Assembly (NCBI GenBank): GCA_003482855.1
Contig: DMXO01000006.1
Location: 15,052 to 79,051 of the forward strand
From: Candidatus Magasanikiibacteriota bacterium
Lineage (GTDB): Bacteria > Patescibacteriota > Patescibacteriia > Magasanikbacterales > UBA922
Length of the DNA: 64,000 bases
Direction of reading: 5' to 3'
Shown: piece after piece, positions 40,251 to 50,299 of the stretch
Layout: every line of letters begins with the position of its first letter
Numbering within the stretch: the stretch's first letter is position 1
Program-made: the position numbers and the translations under genes
The notes under the pieces: model-generated
Told to the model about the DNA's origin: nothing
The model's database searches: none
The model's input: only the letters and a program-made list of their open reading frames with translations

Positions 40251-41591
40251 ATGTTTACAACACTTCCATTTCAATTGTTGTTGTCAGTTATTTTGGGTGC
40301 AGTCATCGGGCTTGAACGAGAGAGCGGTGGGCAAAGTGATAGGCCCGGCTCTGTCGGTGGTATACGTACCTACGCGCTCATTTGTCTACTCGGTGGTTTG
40401 GCAGGATTTTTTTATTCACAGCAAATATCAACAATGTTTTTGATTCTGACAATCTTGTTGTGTGTTTTGGTTGTGACGTATTATATACTTGGTTCACTTA
40501 TTACAAAACGCGCCGGTCTCACGAGTGAGATTTCTATCGTTTTTACATTTCTTGTTGGTTTTTTTATCACATCAGCTTTGTTGGCTTTGCAGTTGGTGGT
40601 AGCGCTATTAGTTGTGGTCCTTCTTATTCTATCTATCAAAACAAGAACACGCCAGGTTGTTGGGGGATTGTCTCAGCGTGAGCTTGAATCTTTTATTAGT
40701 TACGCGATTATTACACTTGTTATTTTGCCTTTTCTTCCTAATAAGCCTTTTTTGTTGACCGATATTCCTTATATTTCAACACTTTTGGATAGTTATGGTA
40801 TTGGTTTGGGGAAATTTGCGATGTTAGAAATTTTCAATCCGAGGAAATTGTGGCTTATTATTGCTCTTGTGACTGGTATCGATGTGGTTGGTTATTTGCT
40901 TGGTAAATTGGTTGGAAATAAAAAGAGTTTTACTTTGACAAGTTTTGTCGGTGGATTTATCTCTTCGACTTCAACAACACAATCACTTGCGCAAAAAAGT
41001 AAGAAAGCACATATTGTTGACTCTTTGGTAGGCGCAGCTATACTTGCAAATCTCGCGAGTTTTTTGCAAATATTTTTGTTGGTAGGGCCTTTGAATGGCA
41101 GATGGCTTGCGTCTATAACCCCAACCCTTTTGTTGATTATTATCGCTGCTGGCGTGCTTGCTGCAGTTCATCTGTCAAAAAAGGAATCGCAGGCAAGTGA
41201 TGCTCCAGTGCGGAACAAAAAAGTAAAAGAAGATGATAGAAAAATTTTTGCGCTCAAACCAGCAATTAAATTTGCTTTTATTTTGATTAGTGTAAAGTTG
41301 GTAACTAAAATTTGTCTCGTGCTGTTTGGTAATTCTGGTTTTATGATAAGTTCTGTTATTGCTTCATTTGCTGGTATTGATGCCATAGTTATCAATCTTG
41401 CTGACATGGCAGGCAAGACAATTACATTCAAAACAGCATTGATTACATTTATTCTCGTAAATGCAACAAATCTTCTTTCAAAAACCGGATATTCATTTTT
41501 GCAGGGTAATCGTAAATTCGCAATTAAGTTTTTGGTATCCGTGGTAGTTATTATACTAGCAAGTTTGGCGGGCCTATTGTTTGTCAGTTAA
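40251..41591 (+). CDS. MgtC/SapB plus DUF4010 membrane protein
   Basis: GAVIGLERE, GGIRTYALI, GLTSE, ILPFLPN, GGFISSTSTT. Confidence 0.88.
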   Translation: MFTTLPFQLLLSVILGAVIGLERESGGQSDRPGSVGGIRTYALICLLGGLAGFFYSQQISTMFLILTILLCVLVVTYYILGSLITKRAGLTSEISIVFTFLVGFFITSALLALQLVVALLVVVLLILSIKTRTRQVVGGLSQRELESFISYAIITLVILPFLPNKPFLLTDIPYISTLLDSYGIGLGKFAMLEIFNPRKLWLIIALVTGIDVVGYLLGKLVGNKKSFTLTSFVGGFISSTSTTQSLAQKSKKAHIVDSLVGAAILANLASFLQIFLLVGPLNGRWLASITPTLLLIIIAAGVLAAVHLSKKESQASDAPVRNKKVKEDDRKIFALKPAIKFAFILISVKLVTKICLVLFGNSGFMISSVIASFAGIDAIVINLADMAGKTITFKTALITFILVNATNLLSKTGYSFLQGNRKFAIKFLVSVVVIILASLAGLLFVS

Positions 41592-41632
41592 TATTACGGA
41601 ATATAAGTTTTGGTTTAGAAAGTTAATTTGAT

Positions 41633-43333
41633 ATGTTAGATAATATTTTTTTGCAGATTTCTGTAGTGTTGGGGATTACTGTTTCAATTGCATTTATCAT
41701 GCGTTTATTGCGCCAGCCACTTATTGTGGCCTATATTATTGCTGGTTTAATTGCAGGTCCATTATTTTTAAATATCGTTGATGGAGGGGAATCTTTTTTT
41801 GATACATTTGCAAAGTTTGGTATTGTGCTACTTCTATTTATTGTGGGGTTGAGTCTCAATTTTGATTATATAAAGAAAATGGGTAAGTTGGTTTTGATAG
41901 GTGGTATTTGGCAATTTTTATTTACCGCCTTTTTTGGTTTTATCATCATGTTATTTTTAGGTTTTTCTTTTTTACCTTCCATTTTTATCGCCATAGCAGT
42001 TACTTTTTCGAGCACCATTATTGTCATAAAGATATTGGCAGACAAACGTGATTTGGAAACAGTGTATGGTCGTTATATTGTAGGTGTTCTTCTTGTTCAG
42101 GATGTACTGGCTGTTGTCATCATGATTTTTTTGAATACTTCCTCTCTAAATTCGAATGGTTGGTACACCACCATGCTTTTGACGTGTGGCAAGGGAGTAT
42201 TACTTGGTGTTGGTGTATTTTTGCTTGCAAAGTATCTCCTTCCGGTTCTCATGGATCGTATTGCACGTAGTGGTGAATTATTATTTATCTTTACGATTGC
42301 CTGGTGCTTTGGTATTGCAAGTGTGGTCTATTGGGCTGGATTTAGTATTGAGATCGGGGCAATTATCGCGGGTATTTCTCTTGGTGCGTCGATATATCAG
42401 CCAGAGATTAGTAGCCGCATCCGTCCCTTGAGGGATTTTTTTATTGTGCTTTTTTTCGTTGTTCTTGGTAGCGAATTGCAATTGGGTGATATACACTCAG
42501 CAATTGTTCCCGGTCTCATATTGTCTGTGTTTGTCTTGATTGCTGATCCTATTATTTTGTACTTTGTAATGCGACATACGGGGTATACGCGCCGAAGTGC
42601 TTTTCTTGCTGGGATCACAGCAGCGCAGGTGAGTGAGTTTGGTTTTATACTCATTTTTAAGGGGCAAGAACTTGGCTATCTTCGTGGCCCTGAATTGGCT
42701 ATTTTGACTATTGTAGCTCTTGTTACTATTGTTATTTCTTCCTACCTCATCACATACAATGAACAACTATATCAGAAAGTATTGCCATTTCTTATGAAAT
42801 TTGGCAAAGACACCGCGCAAAAAGAAGCAAATGAAGCGGAGACATTTTCTGTACTTGTTTTCGGATATCATAGGATTGGTTGGAAAGTGTGTGAGGCGCT
42901 TGCAGAAAAAAAGATTTCTTTTGCAGTAGTTGACTATAACCCCGATTCTATTTTGAAATTAAAACATAGGGGAATACCGGCCTTCTTTGGCGATGCCGCT
43001 GATGTCGAGTTTTTGGAAAGTTTACCTCTTGATAGCGCAAAAATGGTTATATCTACTATACCCGAATCAGATGACCAAAAGACAATGATACAACATATAC
43101 GTAAAACAAATAAAAAATGTATAGTTATTGCTAATTTGTATCATAATACTCATCTCGATGATTTGTACGAAGAAGGGGCGGACTATATTATGATGCCCCA
43201 TCTTCTTGGGGGGCAGTGGATTTCTGAAATACTAAAAGAGCACCCATGGACGCAGAAGACATTCAAAGATTTAAGACGTGAACAACGAGAAGAAATGAAG
43301 TTAAGGTTTACGACAGGTATAGATGAGATATAG
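41633..43333 (+). CDS. CPA2 cation:proton antiporter with TrkA-N domain (KefC-like)
   Basis: LRQPLIVAYIIAG, SSTIIVIK, VQD, LRDFF, QVSEF, GYHRIG. Confidence 0.92.
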   Translation: MLDNIFLQISVVLGITVSIAFIMRLLRQPLIVAYIIAGLIAGPLFLNIVDGGESFFDTFAKFGIVLLLFIVGLSLNFDYIKKMGKLVLIGGIWQFLFTAFFGFIIMLFLGFSFLPSIFIAIAVTFSSTIIVIKILADKRDLETVYGRYIVGVLLVQDVLAVVIMIFLNTSSLNSNGWYTTMLLTCGKGVLLGVGVFLLAKYLLPVLMDRIARSGELLFIFTIAWCFGIASVVYWAGFSIEIGAIIAGISLGASIYQPEISSRIRPLRDFFIVLFFVVLGSELQLGDIHSAIVPGLILSVFVLIADPIILYFVMRHTGYTRRSAFLAGITAAQVSEFGFILIFKGQELGYLRGPELAILTIVALVTIVISSYLITYNEQLYQKVLPFLMKFGKDTAQKEANEAETFSVLVFGYHRIGWKVCEALAEKKISFAVVDYNPDSILKLKHRGIPAFFGDAADVEFLESLPLDSAKMVISTIPESDDQKTMIQHIRKTNKKCIVIANLYHNTHLDDLYEEGADYIMMPHLLGGQWISEILKEHPWTQKTFKDLRREQREEMKLRFTTGIDEI

Positions 43334-43404
43334 TTTATAAGGGTTTTCGTATAGCATGCTTGACTTTTTTTGTAAGTGTTGATATAATTTTTTCGCTTAT
43401 AAAA

Positions 43405-43477
43405 GGGCCCGTAGCTTAGCTGGTAGAGCGCCTCGTTTGCACCGAGGAGGTCAGGAGTTCGAATCTCCTCGGGTCCA
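43405..43477 (+). tRNA. tRNA-Ala(TGC)
   Basis: GGGCCCG/CGGGTCC, CCTCG-TTTGCAC-CGAGG. Confidence 0.95.
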
Positions 43478-43560
43478 CTGTTAGACAGTTGACTTCTGAA
43501 GTTGGCAGTTAACAAGAGGAACTACTGTTAATTGTTGATAGTACATTGTCAACTGTTATT
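43478..43560. repeat. Degenerate heptamer (CAGTTRA / YTGTYAA) repeats forming an inverted array between tRNAs
   Basis: gacagttgac...ggcagttaaca...ctgttaattgttga...ttgtcaactgtt. Confidence 0.5.
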
Positions 43561-43567
43561 TTTTAAG

Positions 43568-43639
<72 letters not shown>

Positions 43640-43676
43640 CTAACTTAATTTTAAATTTTAAATTTAAAATTTTGTT

Positions 43677-43750
43677 CGGGGTGTAGCTCAGTTGGCTAGA
43701 GCGCGTGGTTTGGGACCATGAGGCCGAAGGTTCAAGTCCTTTCACCCCGA
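43677..43750 (+). tRNA. tRNA-Pro(TGG)
   Basis: CGGGGTG/CACCCCG; anticodon loop TTTGGGA. Confidence 0.95.
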
Positions 43751-43839
43751 CAAACCGCCTTTGAGGCGGTTTTGTTATACACATTGATACAAAATTGTTT
43801 GATCGTTATACTATGTATGTAATCATTAATAATATTTTT

Positions 43840-44706
43840 ATGCGACCACAAAATATAAAAACACGTATTTTCTTAGATAGTGGAGACCCACAAGAGACAA
43901 AACAGGTTTTGAGTGCGTTAGGTTTTCTTGATGGACAAACTACTAATCCTAGTCTTATTGCAAAGAATCCAGAGTTAAAAAATAAACTTTCAAATGGGGA
44001 AAGACTTTCATCCGAGGATATTAATAATTTTTACAAAGGAGTGGTACAGGAGATTTCACGCATGATTCCGCAAGGATCAGTGTCAGTAGAAGTATATGCT
44101 GATGCCGAGACACCGGTTGAAGAAATGTTGGTACAAGCTCGTGAAATGAACACATGGATTCCAAATGCTCATATTAAATTACCTATTACTGCATCTGGAC
44201 TTGAGGCGGCCCATATTTTGACGAGTGAAGGCATGCGAGTAAATATGACGCTGTGTTTTTCTCAACAACAGGCTGCCGCGGTGTATGTAGCGACTCGTGG
44301 TGTGAAGAAAGGTGATGTATTTTTGTCACCATTTATTGGCAGACTTGATGATCAAGGAGAAAATGGGATGAGTTTTATTGAAAATGTTCATGCTATGTTT
44401 GCTAAGAGCGATGGACATGTTGAATTACTTGCGGCAAGTGTGCGCACATATGAACACTTCGAATATTGTCTTAAACTTGGAGTTGATTTGGTGACGGCAC
44501 CGGCAAAAATTTTGTTGCAGTGGGCAGAACACGCTATGGAGGTACCAAGTGACGGATATATGTATGACAAAGGTATAATGAAGGATTTATTGTATGAGGA
44601 TGTGGTTTTGGATAAAAAGTGGGGTGAATATGATATTCATCACGATTTGACTGATGCTGGGCTTGCTAAATTTGTAGCCGATTGGAATAGTTTGATATCA
44701 AAATAA
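43840..44706 (+). CDS. tal: Transaldolase family protein
   Basis: IFLDSGD, GQTTNPSLI, IKLP, VNMTLCFS, SPFIGRLDD, AASVR. Confidence 0.92.
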   Translation: MRPQNIKTRIFLDSGDPQETKQVLSALGFLDGQTTNPSLIAKNPELKNKLSNGERLSSEDINNFYKGVVQEISRMIPQGSVSVEVYADAETPVEEMLVQAREMNTWIPNAHIKLPITASGLEAAHILTSEGMRVNMTLCFSQQQAAAVYVATRGVKKGDVFLSPFIGRLDDQGENGMSFIENVHAMFAKSDGHVELLAASVRTYEHFEYCLKLGVDLVTAPAKILLQWAEHAMEVPSDGYMYDKGIMKDLLYEDVVLDKKWGEYDIHHDLTDAGLAKFVADWNSLISK

Positions 44707-44773
44707 TGTGCAGATATTATCAAACTCTGTCATTGACAATGGCAGAGTTTTTTTGTATACTGACTGCCGTTAT

Positions 44774-44848
44774 GCGGGCATCATATAATGGTTATTATCC
44801 AAGTTTTCCAAACTTGTGACAGGGGTTCGATTCCCCTTGCCCGCTCCA
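44774..44848 (+). tRNA. tRNA-Gly(TCC) with encoded CCA
   Basis: GCGGGCA/TGCCCGC, CAAGT-TTTCCAA-ACTTG. Confidence 0.95.
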
Positions 44849-45017
44849 ACACAAAATAATACAGGGCTTTAGTTCTGTTTTGTTTTGTGAGTGAAGTAGG
44901 GAATCGAACAGGGAAAGGGAGAAAACGGTAGTTTTCTCTTGTTGAGGAAGAGTATTGAGAAACCCGAAGGTTTCTCAAAGAGCCCAACGGGCGAGTGAGA
45001 TTTCCCCTTGCCCGCTC
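44849..45017. mobile_element. ~170-bp mini-element ending in a duplication of the tRNA-Gly 3' end
   Basis: TTCCCCTTGCCCGCTC at 44831-44846 and 45002-45017; inverted T-loop copy GGGAATCGAAC at 44899; internal hairpins. Confidence 0.65.
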
Positions 45018-45067
45018 AAGGCTTGATATTTTGAGCCTTTTCTATTATAATAGGCACACTATAATAT

Positions 45068-45141
45068 CGCGGGGTAGAGCAGTCAGGCAGCTCGTCGGGC
45101 CCATAACCCGAAGGTCGCCGGTTCAAATCCGGCCCCCGCAA
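45068..45141 (+). tRNA. Initiator tRNA-fMet(CAT)
   Basis: C1:A72 mismatch, three G:C pairs in the anticodon stem (TCGGG/CCCGA), loop CCCATAA. Confidence 0.93.
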
Positions 45142-45189
45142 CGATACATTTGCAGATATATATTTCCTTTGATAAAATATATCGCACAT

Positions 45190-45263
45190 GCGGTAGTAGT
45201 TCAGTTGGCTAGAACGTCTCCTTGCCAAGGAGAAGGTCGCCGGTTCGAATCCGGTCTACCGCT
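45190..45263 (+). tRNA. tRNA-Gly(GCC)
   Basis: GCGGTAG/CTACCGC, TCTCC-TTGCCAA-GGAGA. Confidence 0.95.
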
Positions 45264-45358
45264 CATGTGAAGTTTGTGATATACTACTTCACAAGAAGGG
45301 TTTATTAACAAATAGCCCTTACCCAGTACCAGACGGTACTGGGCTACTGTATGGCCAC

Positions 45359-45390
45359 ACAAAATCCGCTTTCAAAGGCGGATTTTGTTT
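45359..45390 (+). terminator. Intrinsic terminator after the tRNA cluster
   Basis: acaaaatccgctttcaaaggcggattttgtttt. Confidence 0.75.
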
Positions 45391-45473
45391 TACCTAAAAT
45401 TAAGAATTAAGTGAAGTACTTGCTTTTATTATATGGTTGGTATATTGTTTTATATATTTAATCTAATAGAAAT

Positions 45474-46490
45474 ATGTCACATATATTTCATATATCAAAA
45501 AATAAACAACACATCATCATGCGTTCACATATCGTGCGTTTGATTCGCGAATTTTTTTGGGATCAAAATTTTTTGGAGGTTGAGACACCACATATTTTGA
45601 AGACAGCAGGACAGGAACCAAATATTCAGGCCATGCATATTACTATACACAATGAACACCATGAGCCATTTTATGGATATCTACATACATATCCTGAATA
45701 TGCTATGAAAAAATTGTTGGCAGCAGGATTTGGCAATAATATATTTAGTATATGCAAATCCTTTCGTGATCACGAAAGTTTTGGTGGTACACATAATCCT
45801 GAATTTACCATGATAGAGTGGTATCGATTGGATCATGATTTTTTTGCACTTATGGATGATATGGAACGTATGTTTCAATACATAGCGCAAGGTTTGAAAA
45901 TAAAAAATTTTGATGTCCCTTCTTCTCTGGAAAAATTATGGAAGCGAACCCATATGCGTGATTTGTGGAGGGAGTATGTCGGAATAGAATTAGATAACTA
46001 TCTTGATGTATCGTCTATGTATGAATTGTGTGTAGAGAAGGGTTTTAGACCAAACAAAGAAGAAAGTTATGAAGAATTATTTTATAGAATTTTTTTGGAT
46101 GCCATAGAACCCAATTTGGGGGTTGATGAACCACAAATTATTTATTATTATCCTGCGCTCATGGCATCTCTTTCAAAACGTTCTACAAAAGAGCCTGGGT
46201 ATGCTGAACGGTTTGAGTCATATATTGACGGTGTTGAGATTGCCAATGGCTTCACTGAATTGACTGACGCACAGGAACAACTAGAGCGCTTGAAAGAAGA
46301 TAAAAATGAGCGGGCGCGATTGGGACTTGATGATTATGAGATAGATAAAGATTTTGTAGAAGCGGTAGAACATTTGCCAGCATGTACGGGGAATTCTATG
46401 GGTATAGATCGTATTGTACAGGCCTTCGCGGGTTGCAAAAATATTAATGATGTGCTAGCATTACCTGCAAGTGAAATATTTCAATCATAA
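45474..46490 (+). CDS. epmA: EF-P lysine aminoacylase (LysRS catalytic-domain paralog)
   Basis: FLEVETP, PEYAMKKLLAAG, HNPEFTMIEWYR, AERFE, EIANGFTELTD, GIDR; adjacent to efp. Confidence 0.9.
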   Translation: MSHIFHISKNKQHIIMRSHIVRLIREFFWDQNFLEVETPHILKTAGQEPNIQAMHITIHNEHHEPFYGYLHTYPEYAMKKLLAAGFGNNIFSICKSFRDHESFGGTHNPEFTMIEWYRLDHDFFALMDDMERMFQYIAQGLKIKNFDVPSSLEKLWKRTHMRDLWREYVGIELDNYLDVSSMYELCVEKGFRPNKEESYEELFYRIFLDAIEPNLGVDEPQIIYYYPALMASLSKRSTKEPGYAERFESYIDGVEIANGFTELTDAQEQLERLKEDKNERARLGLDDYEIDKDFVEAVEHLPACTGNSMGIDRIVQAFAGCKNINDVLALPASEIFQS

Positions 46491-46500
46491 AGTTATACAT

Positions 46501-47067
46501 ATGGGAGATACTACAGATATTCGAAAGGGCGCAGTCATACGACACAATAATGAATTGTATGTAGTGACTAGTTGCCAATTCGTGAATCCGGGTAAGGGAC
46601 AAGCCTTCACCAAAACAAAATTAAAAAATATTTCTAGTGGTAAAGGGACTGAAATGACATATAAAAGTGGAGAAAATGTTGATGTCGTTGAAGTGCAGCG
46701 TCAAAATATACAATTTTTGTACAAAAATGGTGAATTTTTTTCTTTCATGAACACTGACTCCTACGAAACACTTGACGTGTCGTCTGATATTATCGGCGAT
46801 GATACAAAATATCTTAAAGAAGGGATTATGGTGATTGCATCTTTATATGAAGGGAATGTAGTAGCAATTCAATTGCCTAAAAAAATTGTATACAAAGTAA
46901 TAACAGCACCTCCAGCAGTCAAAGGTGACACAGCAGGTGGCAATGTCACCAAAGAAGTTGAACTTGATAATGGTCTCAAGATTCATGTGCCTATATTTAT
47001 CAAAGAAGGTGAAGAAATTTTGGTAAATACTGAGACTGGTGAATATGGTGGTAGGTCGGCAGAATAG
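46501..47067 (+). CDS. efp: Elongation factor P
   Basis: VNPGKGQAF, PAVKGDTA, VPIFIKEGEEILVNTETGEY. Confidence 0.97.
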   Translation: MGDTTDIRKGAVIRHNNELYVVTSCQFVNPGKGQAFTKTKLKNISSGKGTEMTYKSGENVDVVEVQRQNIQFLYKNGEFFSFMNTDSYETLDVSSDIIGDDTKYLKEGIMVIASLYEGNVVAIQLPKKIVYKVITAPPAVKGDTAGGNVTKEVELDNGLKIHVPIFIKEGEEILVNTETGEYGGRSAE

Positions 47068-47230
47068 TCACTTGAGCACTCTAGCACTGAAGTATTTGAA
47101 AACATAAAAGCCGTTCGTGATGCGAGCGGTTTTTTATTTCTTTTTTGCCCGCGCCGCGAGACAGAGCAGAAAATCTTTGTCTGCTTGTCTGCGGCCACGG
47201 GCGGCGTGCTCCTGCGGGAGCATAGGGGGT

Positions 47231-47584
47231 TTACGCCGTGGGCATTGCCCCGGCGAGGAAGGTATCGTAGGACACGGGTGTCCCCCACGGGACACACTTC
47301 GGGGTGTTGTTGATGAAGCGGAGTCCGCGACGGGCATAGATCTGTCTCACCTCAGTGATGATCTTTCTGCCCGAGAAGAACTCATAGTCCCAGTAATGCC
47401 CGCTCACATGCCACAGGTTCAGGGTGATGTGGCCGGTGCCGTTGCACCGGTAGCAGACGAACCCCACACCTTCGGGGTCATGATCCCGTCGGTGAATGCC
47501 CGTAGCCTTACACAGCACGCATTCAGCCTTGAAGTCCAAGACTGGACGTGCCTCTGCGCCTTCTGGCGCTGCTTGCTTTCGCAT
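47231..47584 (-). CDS. GC-rich hypothetical protein with a DnaJ-like zinc finger
   Basis: CVLCKATG ... CYRCNGTG (two CxxCxxxG motifs). Confidence 0.7.
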   Translation of the reverse strand: MRKQAAPEGAEARPVLDFKAECVLCKATGIHRRDHDPEGVGFVCYRCNGTGHITLNLWHVSGHYWDYEFFSGRKIITEVRQIYARRGLRFINNTPKCVPWGTPVSYDTFLAGAMPTA

Positions 47585-47670
47585 TTTTTTCTTCCGTGTT
47601 GTGACCCACCACTGTATATGGCACCATGTCTAGAAGTGGACGTCAATAATAAGCCTGTGGATAAATAGTA

Positions 47671-47964
47671 CTAATTTAGTATGAATATTAATGCGGTGAT
47701 TTGAAGAGACAAAATAATAGCTAAAATAAGCTGAAAAGACAATTTTTTAGTTTTATGTCTGAAAATATTCATAGCAATGAGTGCACCAACAGAGCCACCT
47801 ACAAGTGCGAGTGTCCAGAGTATTTTTTCACTTATGCGTCTATGTCCTGATATTGCTTTCATTTTATCCACCCCATAAAAAAAGAACGCGATTAGGTTGA
47901 CTATGATCGCGTATCCGACAATGAGTTGTTTTTGAAATGAAAACATGAAAAACCATTCAAACAT
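47671..47964 (-). CDS. DUF1294 family membrane protein
   Basis: FFFYGVDKMKA...RRISEKIL...GGSVGALIAMNIFRHKTKK. Confidence 0.9.
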   Translation of the reverse strand: MFEWFFMFSFQKQLIVGYAIIVNLIAFFFYGVDKMKAISGHRRISEKILWTLALVGGSVGALIAMNIFRHKTKKLSFQLILAIILSLQITALIFILN

Positions 47965-47973
47965 ATCTGGTAT

Positions 47974-48519
47974 TTACATCTCTTGTCCTTGATGGAATCG
48001 CCTATCTTCATCAGCAAGTTTGATGAGTTGTTCCCGAATAAAATTTGGATCGGGGATATCTCTGAAGACAACCGTAGATGTCGAAGATGCTGTTTTTATC
48101 GAGACATCACCATATCGAAAAATAGTGGAAAAAACACCTTGAACATTCGTTGTCACATCCTGGATGCGGAAAAGATCAAGCTCAGTGATTGTTCGACTAA
48201 ATAAACTATGTTGTTCGATGTCTATAATGCGATCATTGGTAACAATCCACATGTCCAGATAGAAATCAATAAACCACATGTAGAAAAATAGATAGGTAGA
48301 CAAGTAGTATATGCTTGCCATGACTACGGCGAGTGGATAAAAAGGAAAATTTTCAAGAAGAGAAGGGAAGAGATTATCTACAAGAAAATAAACGATTACG
48401 GGGATAGACAGGAGGACGATAAATAAAATGATAGTAGGTATAAATGTCAAAGGGTGTCTATGTAATATATGCAGGACTTTTTCGTAGGATTTTTGTTTTA
48501 TGATTTCTGAAACATTCAT
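47974..48519 (-). CDS. Membrane protein with a bacterial PH domain
   Basis: Two TMs then WIVTNDRIIDIEQ...RIQDV...YGDVSIKTA. Confidence 0.85.
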   Translation of the reverse strand: MNVSEIIKQKSYEKVLHILHRHPLTFIPTIILFIVLLSIPVIVYFLVDNLFPSLLENFPFYPLAVVMASIYYLSTYLFFYMWFIDFYLDMWIVTNDRIIDIEQHSLFSRTITELDLFRIQDVTTNVQGVFSTIFRYGDVSIKTASSTSTVVFRDIPDPNFIREQLIKLADEDRRFHQGQEM

Positions 48520-48525
48520 ATATAT

Positions 48526-48771
48526 TTATTGGAACCATTCTATATTAAATAGAATGACTTGCTGTTGCCAATTGATAGGGGCGAGGAGCTGCCACGTGAA
48601 GTAGAGAGTAAGTATTGTAAGTACAAATACCATGAAGCTAATAATAAAACTCGCAAATGTAAAGGAACCAGTTACGACAACATGGTAAAAATTAATAATA
48701 GAAAAAATGAGGAATATACACAAGAATATGAGATACACGAAGAGAAATATGTAGAGAGGGATGCTAATCAC
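48526..48771 (-). CDS. Small hypothetical membrane protein
   Basis: Two hydrophobic helices; operon position after ruvB. Confidence 0.7.
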   Translation of the reverse strand: MISIPLYIFLFVYLIFLCIFLIFSIINFYHVVVTGSFTFASFIISFMVFVLTILTLYFTWQLLAPINWQQQVILFNIEWFQ

Positions 48772-48834
48772 AATTTTTAATTTAGGATTTCAAATTTTAT
48801 GATGTAAAATTGTTTCGGAATTCAAATTTTGAAT

Positions 48835-49893
48835 TTACAATAATCCTTCTTGGTTAGTCCATTTTTTCCCAAGGTGTTCATATGCTTTTTTTGTAGCTTT
48901 GCGTCCTCTTGGGGTTCGTTCTATCATACCTATCTGCATGAGATATGGTTCATATATTGTCTCTATAGTATCCATTTCTTCTGCCACAGCAGCGGCAAGT
49001 GTATTGAGACCTACCGGGCCTCCATTGAACTGTCCGGTGATGGTATCAAGAATTTTTCTGTCTACTTCATCCAGTCCATGAATATCTATGTTGAGTAAAT
49101 TGAGAGCATCTTTGGCAATATCATGAGATATTATACCATCATGGCGTACCTCTGCATAATCACGTACGCGTTTGAGGAGTCTATTGGCAACGCGTGGTGT
49201 TTTTCGTGCTCTTGTGGAGATAGTAGTAGCTGCATCTTTGTGAATTTCTACGTTTAGGATTTTTGCATTGCGATGTATGATTGTCTCTATATCGTTGTGT
49301 TCATAAAAGTTCAGGTGATACACATGTCCAAAACGGTCACGAAGGGGAGAAGATAATAAATTTAATTTTGTTGTGGCTCCTATGAGCGTAAATTTTTCTA
49401 GTGGCATACGGAGTGTGCGAGCCGCGGGCCCTTTGCCTATGATAATATCAAGGGCATAGTCCTCCATGGCACTATAGAGAGTTTCCTCAACTGTTTTGTT
49501 GAGACGGTGTATTTCATCGATGAACAAGATATCTCCCTGCTCAAGATTAGTCAGAATGGCTGCCAAATCTCCGACTCGTTCGAGGGCAGGACCTGAGGTT
49601 ACCTTTATGTTAACCCCCATCTCATGGGCAATGATGTGGGCAAGTGTAGTCTTGCCAAGACCAGGATTGCCATATAGCAAGATATGTTCAATAGGTTCAT
49701 TTCGTTTCTTAGATGCTTCTATAGATATGGTGAGAGGCTCTTTGATATGTGTTTGTCCTACGAAATCATGTAAATGTTGTGGCCTGAGGGTAATCTCTAT
49801 CTGTTTTTCCTCGACGCCTTCATCAGATGATACGCTGGGGTCTACTAGGCGTGGTTTTAGATTTTCGTCAAGGTTATATATTTCTTCATGCAT
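48835..49893 (-). CDS. ruvB: Holliday junction branch migration helicase RuvB
   Basis: [56 protein letters not shown]. Confidence 0.97.
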   Translation of the reverse strand: MHEEIYNLDENLKPRLVDPSVSSDEGVEEKQIEITLRPQHLHDFVGQTHIKEPLTISIEASKKRNEPIEHILLYGNPGLGKTTLAHIIAHEMGVNIKVTSGPALERVGDLAAILTNLEQGDILFIDEIHRLNKTVEETLYSAMEDYALDIIIGKGPAARTLRMPLEKFTLIGATTKLNLLSSPLRDRFGHVYHLNFYEHNDIETIIHRNAKILNVEIHKDAATTISTRARKTPRVANRLLKRVRDYAEVRHDGIISHDIAKDALNLLNIDIHGLDEVDRKILDTITGQFNGGPVGLNTLAAAVAEEMDTIETIYEPYLMQIGMIERTPRGRKATKKAYEHLGKKWTNQEGLL

Positions 49894-49998
49894 AGGATTT
49901 TGCAGTATATATCGCTTTGTTTCTTTGGAAAGTATTGTACGTGATTTTGTTATATTAATCAATTTTGCACAGCTTGTAGACATATATTGTAGACGTCA

Positions 49999-50007
49999 TG
50001 TGGATAA
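49999..50007 (-). promoter_or_regulatory. Perfect DnaA box in the ruvB-nrdJ divergent region
   Basis: TGTGGATAA. Confidence 0.6.
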
Positions 50008-50126
50008 GTTAGTATACCAATGTAGTAGCCATTTGTTTTGGAGCTATATGAAGCAAAAAACGTAGTGTCGTATAAATAGTTTACCCGTGCATAGCGCTGT
50101 GCTATAATAGCTAATGCCTGTCCATT

Positions 50127-50174
50127 ACACTATATATTGTGCTCAAAAATTAAATAAAATACTATATATTGTGG
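50127..50174 (+). promoter_or_regulatory. Tandem NrdR boxes upstream of nrdJ
   Basis: ACACTATATATTGTGC (50127) and ATACTATATATTGTGG (50159), 32 bp apart, just downstream of TATAAT at 50103. Confidence 0.88.
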
Positions 50175-50299
50175 CACCAAAAAAGCGTCTTGATACCGGG
50201 GACGTTCTTTTTATCTCAGCTGACCAAAAGGAATATTGAGAAAAATTGGAGAAAATTATATATTCTCCCATGCTCTTAATTTTTCTTTTCTCATATTGT

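Noticed and set aside
47117-47668. 183-aa plus-strand ORF
   Set aside because: Likely a shadow of the GC-rich minus-strand zinc-finger gene and its hairpins
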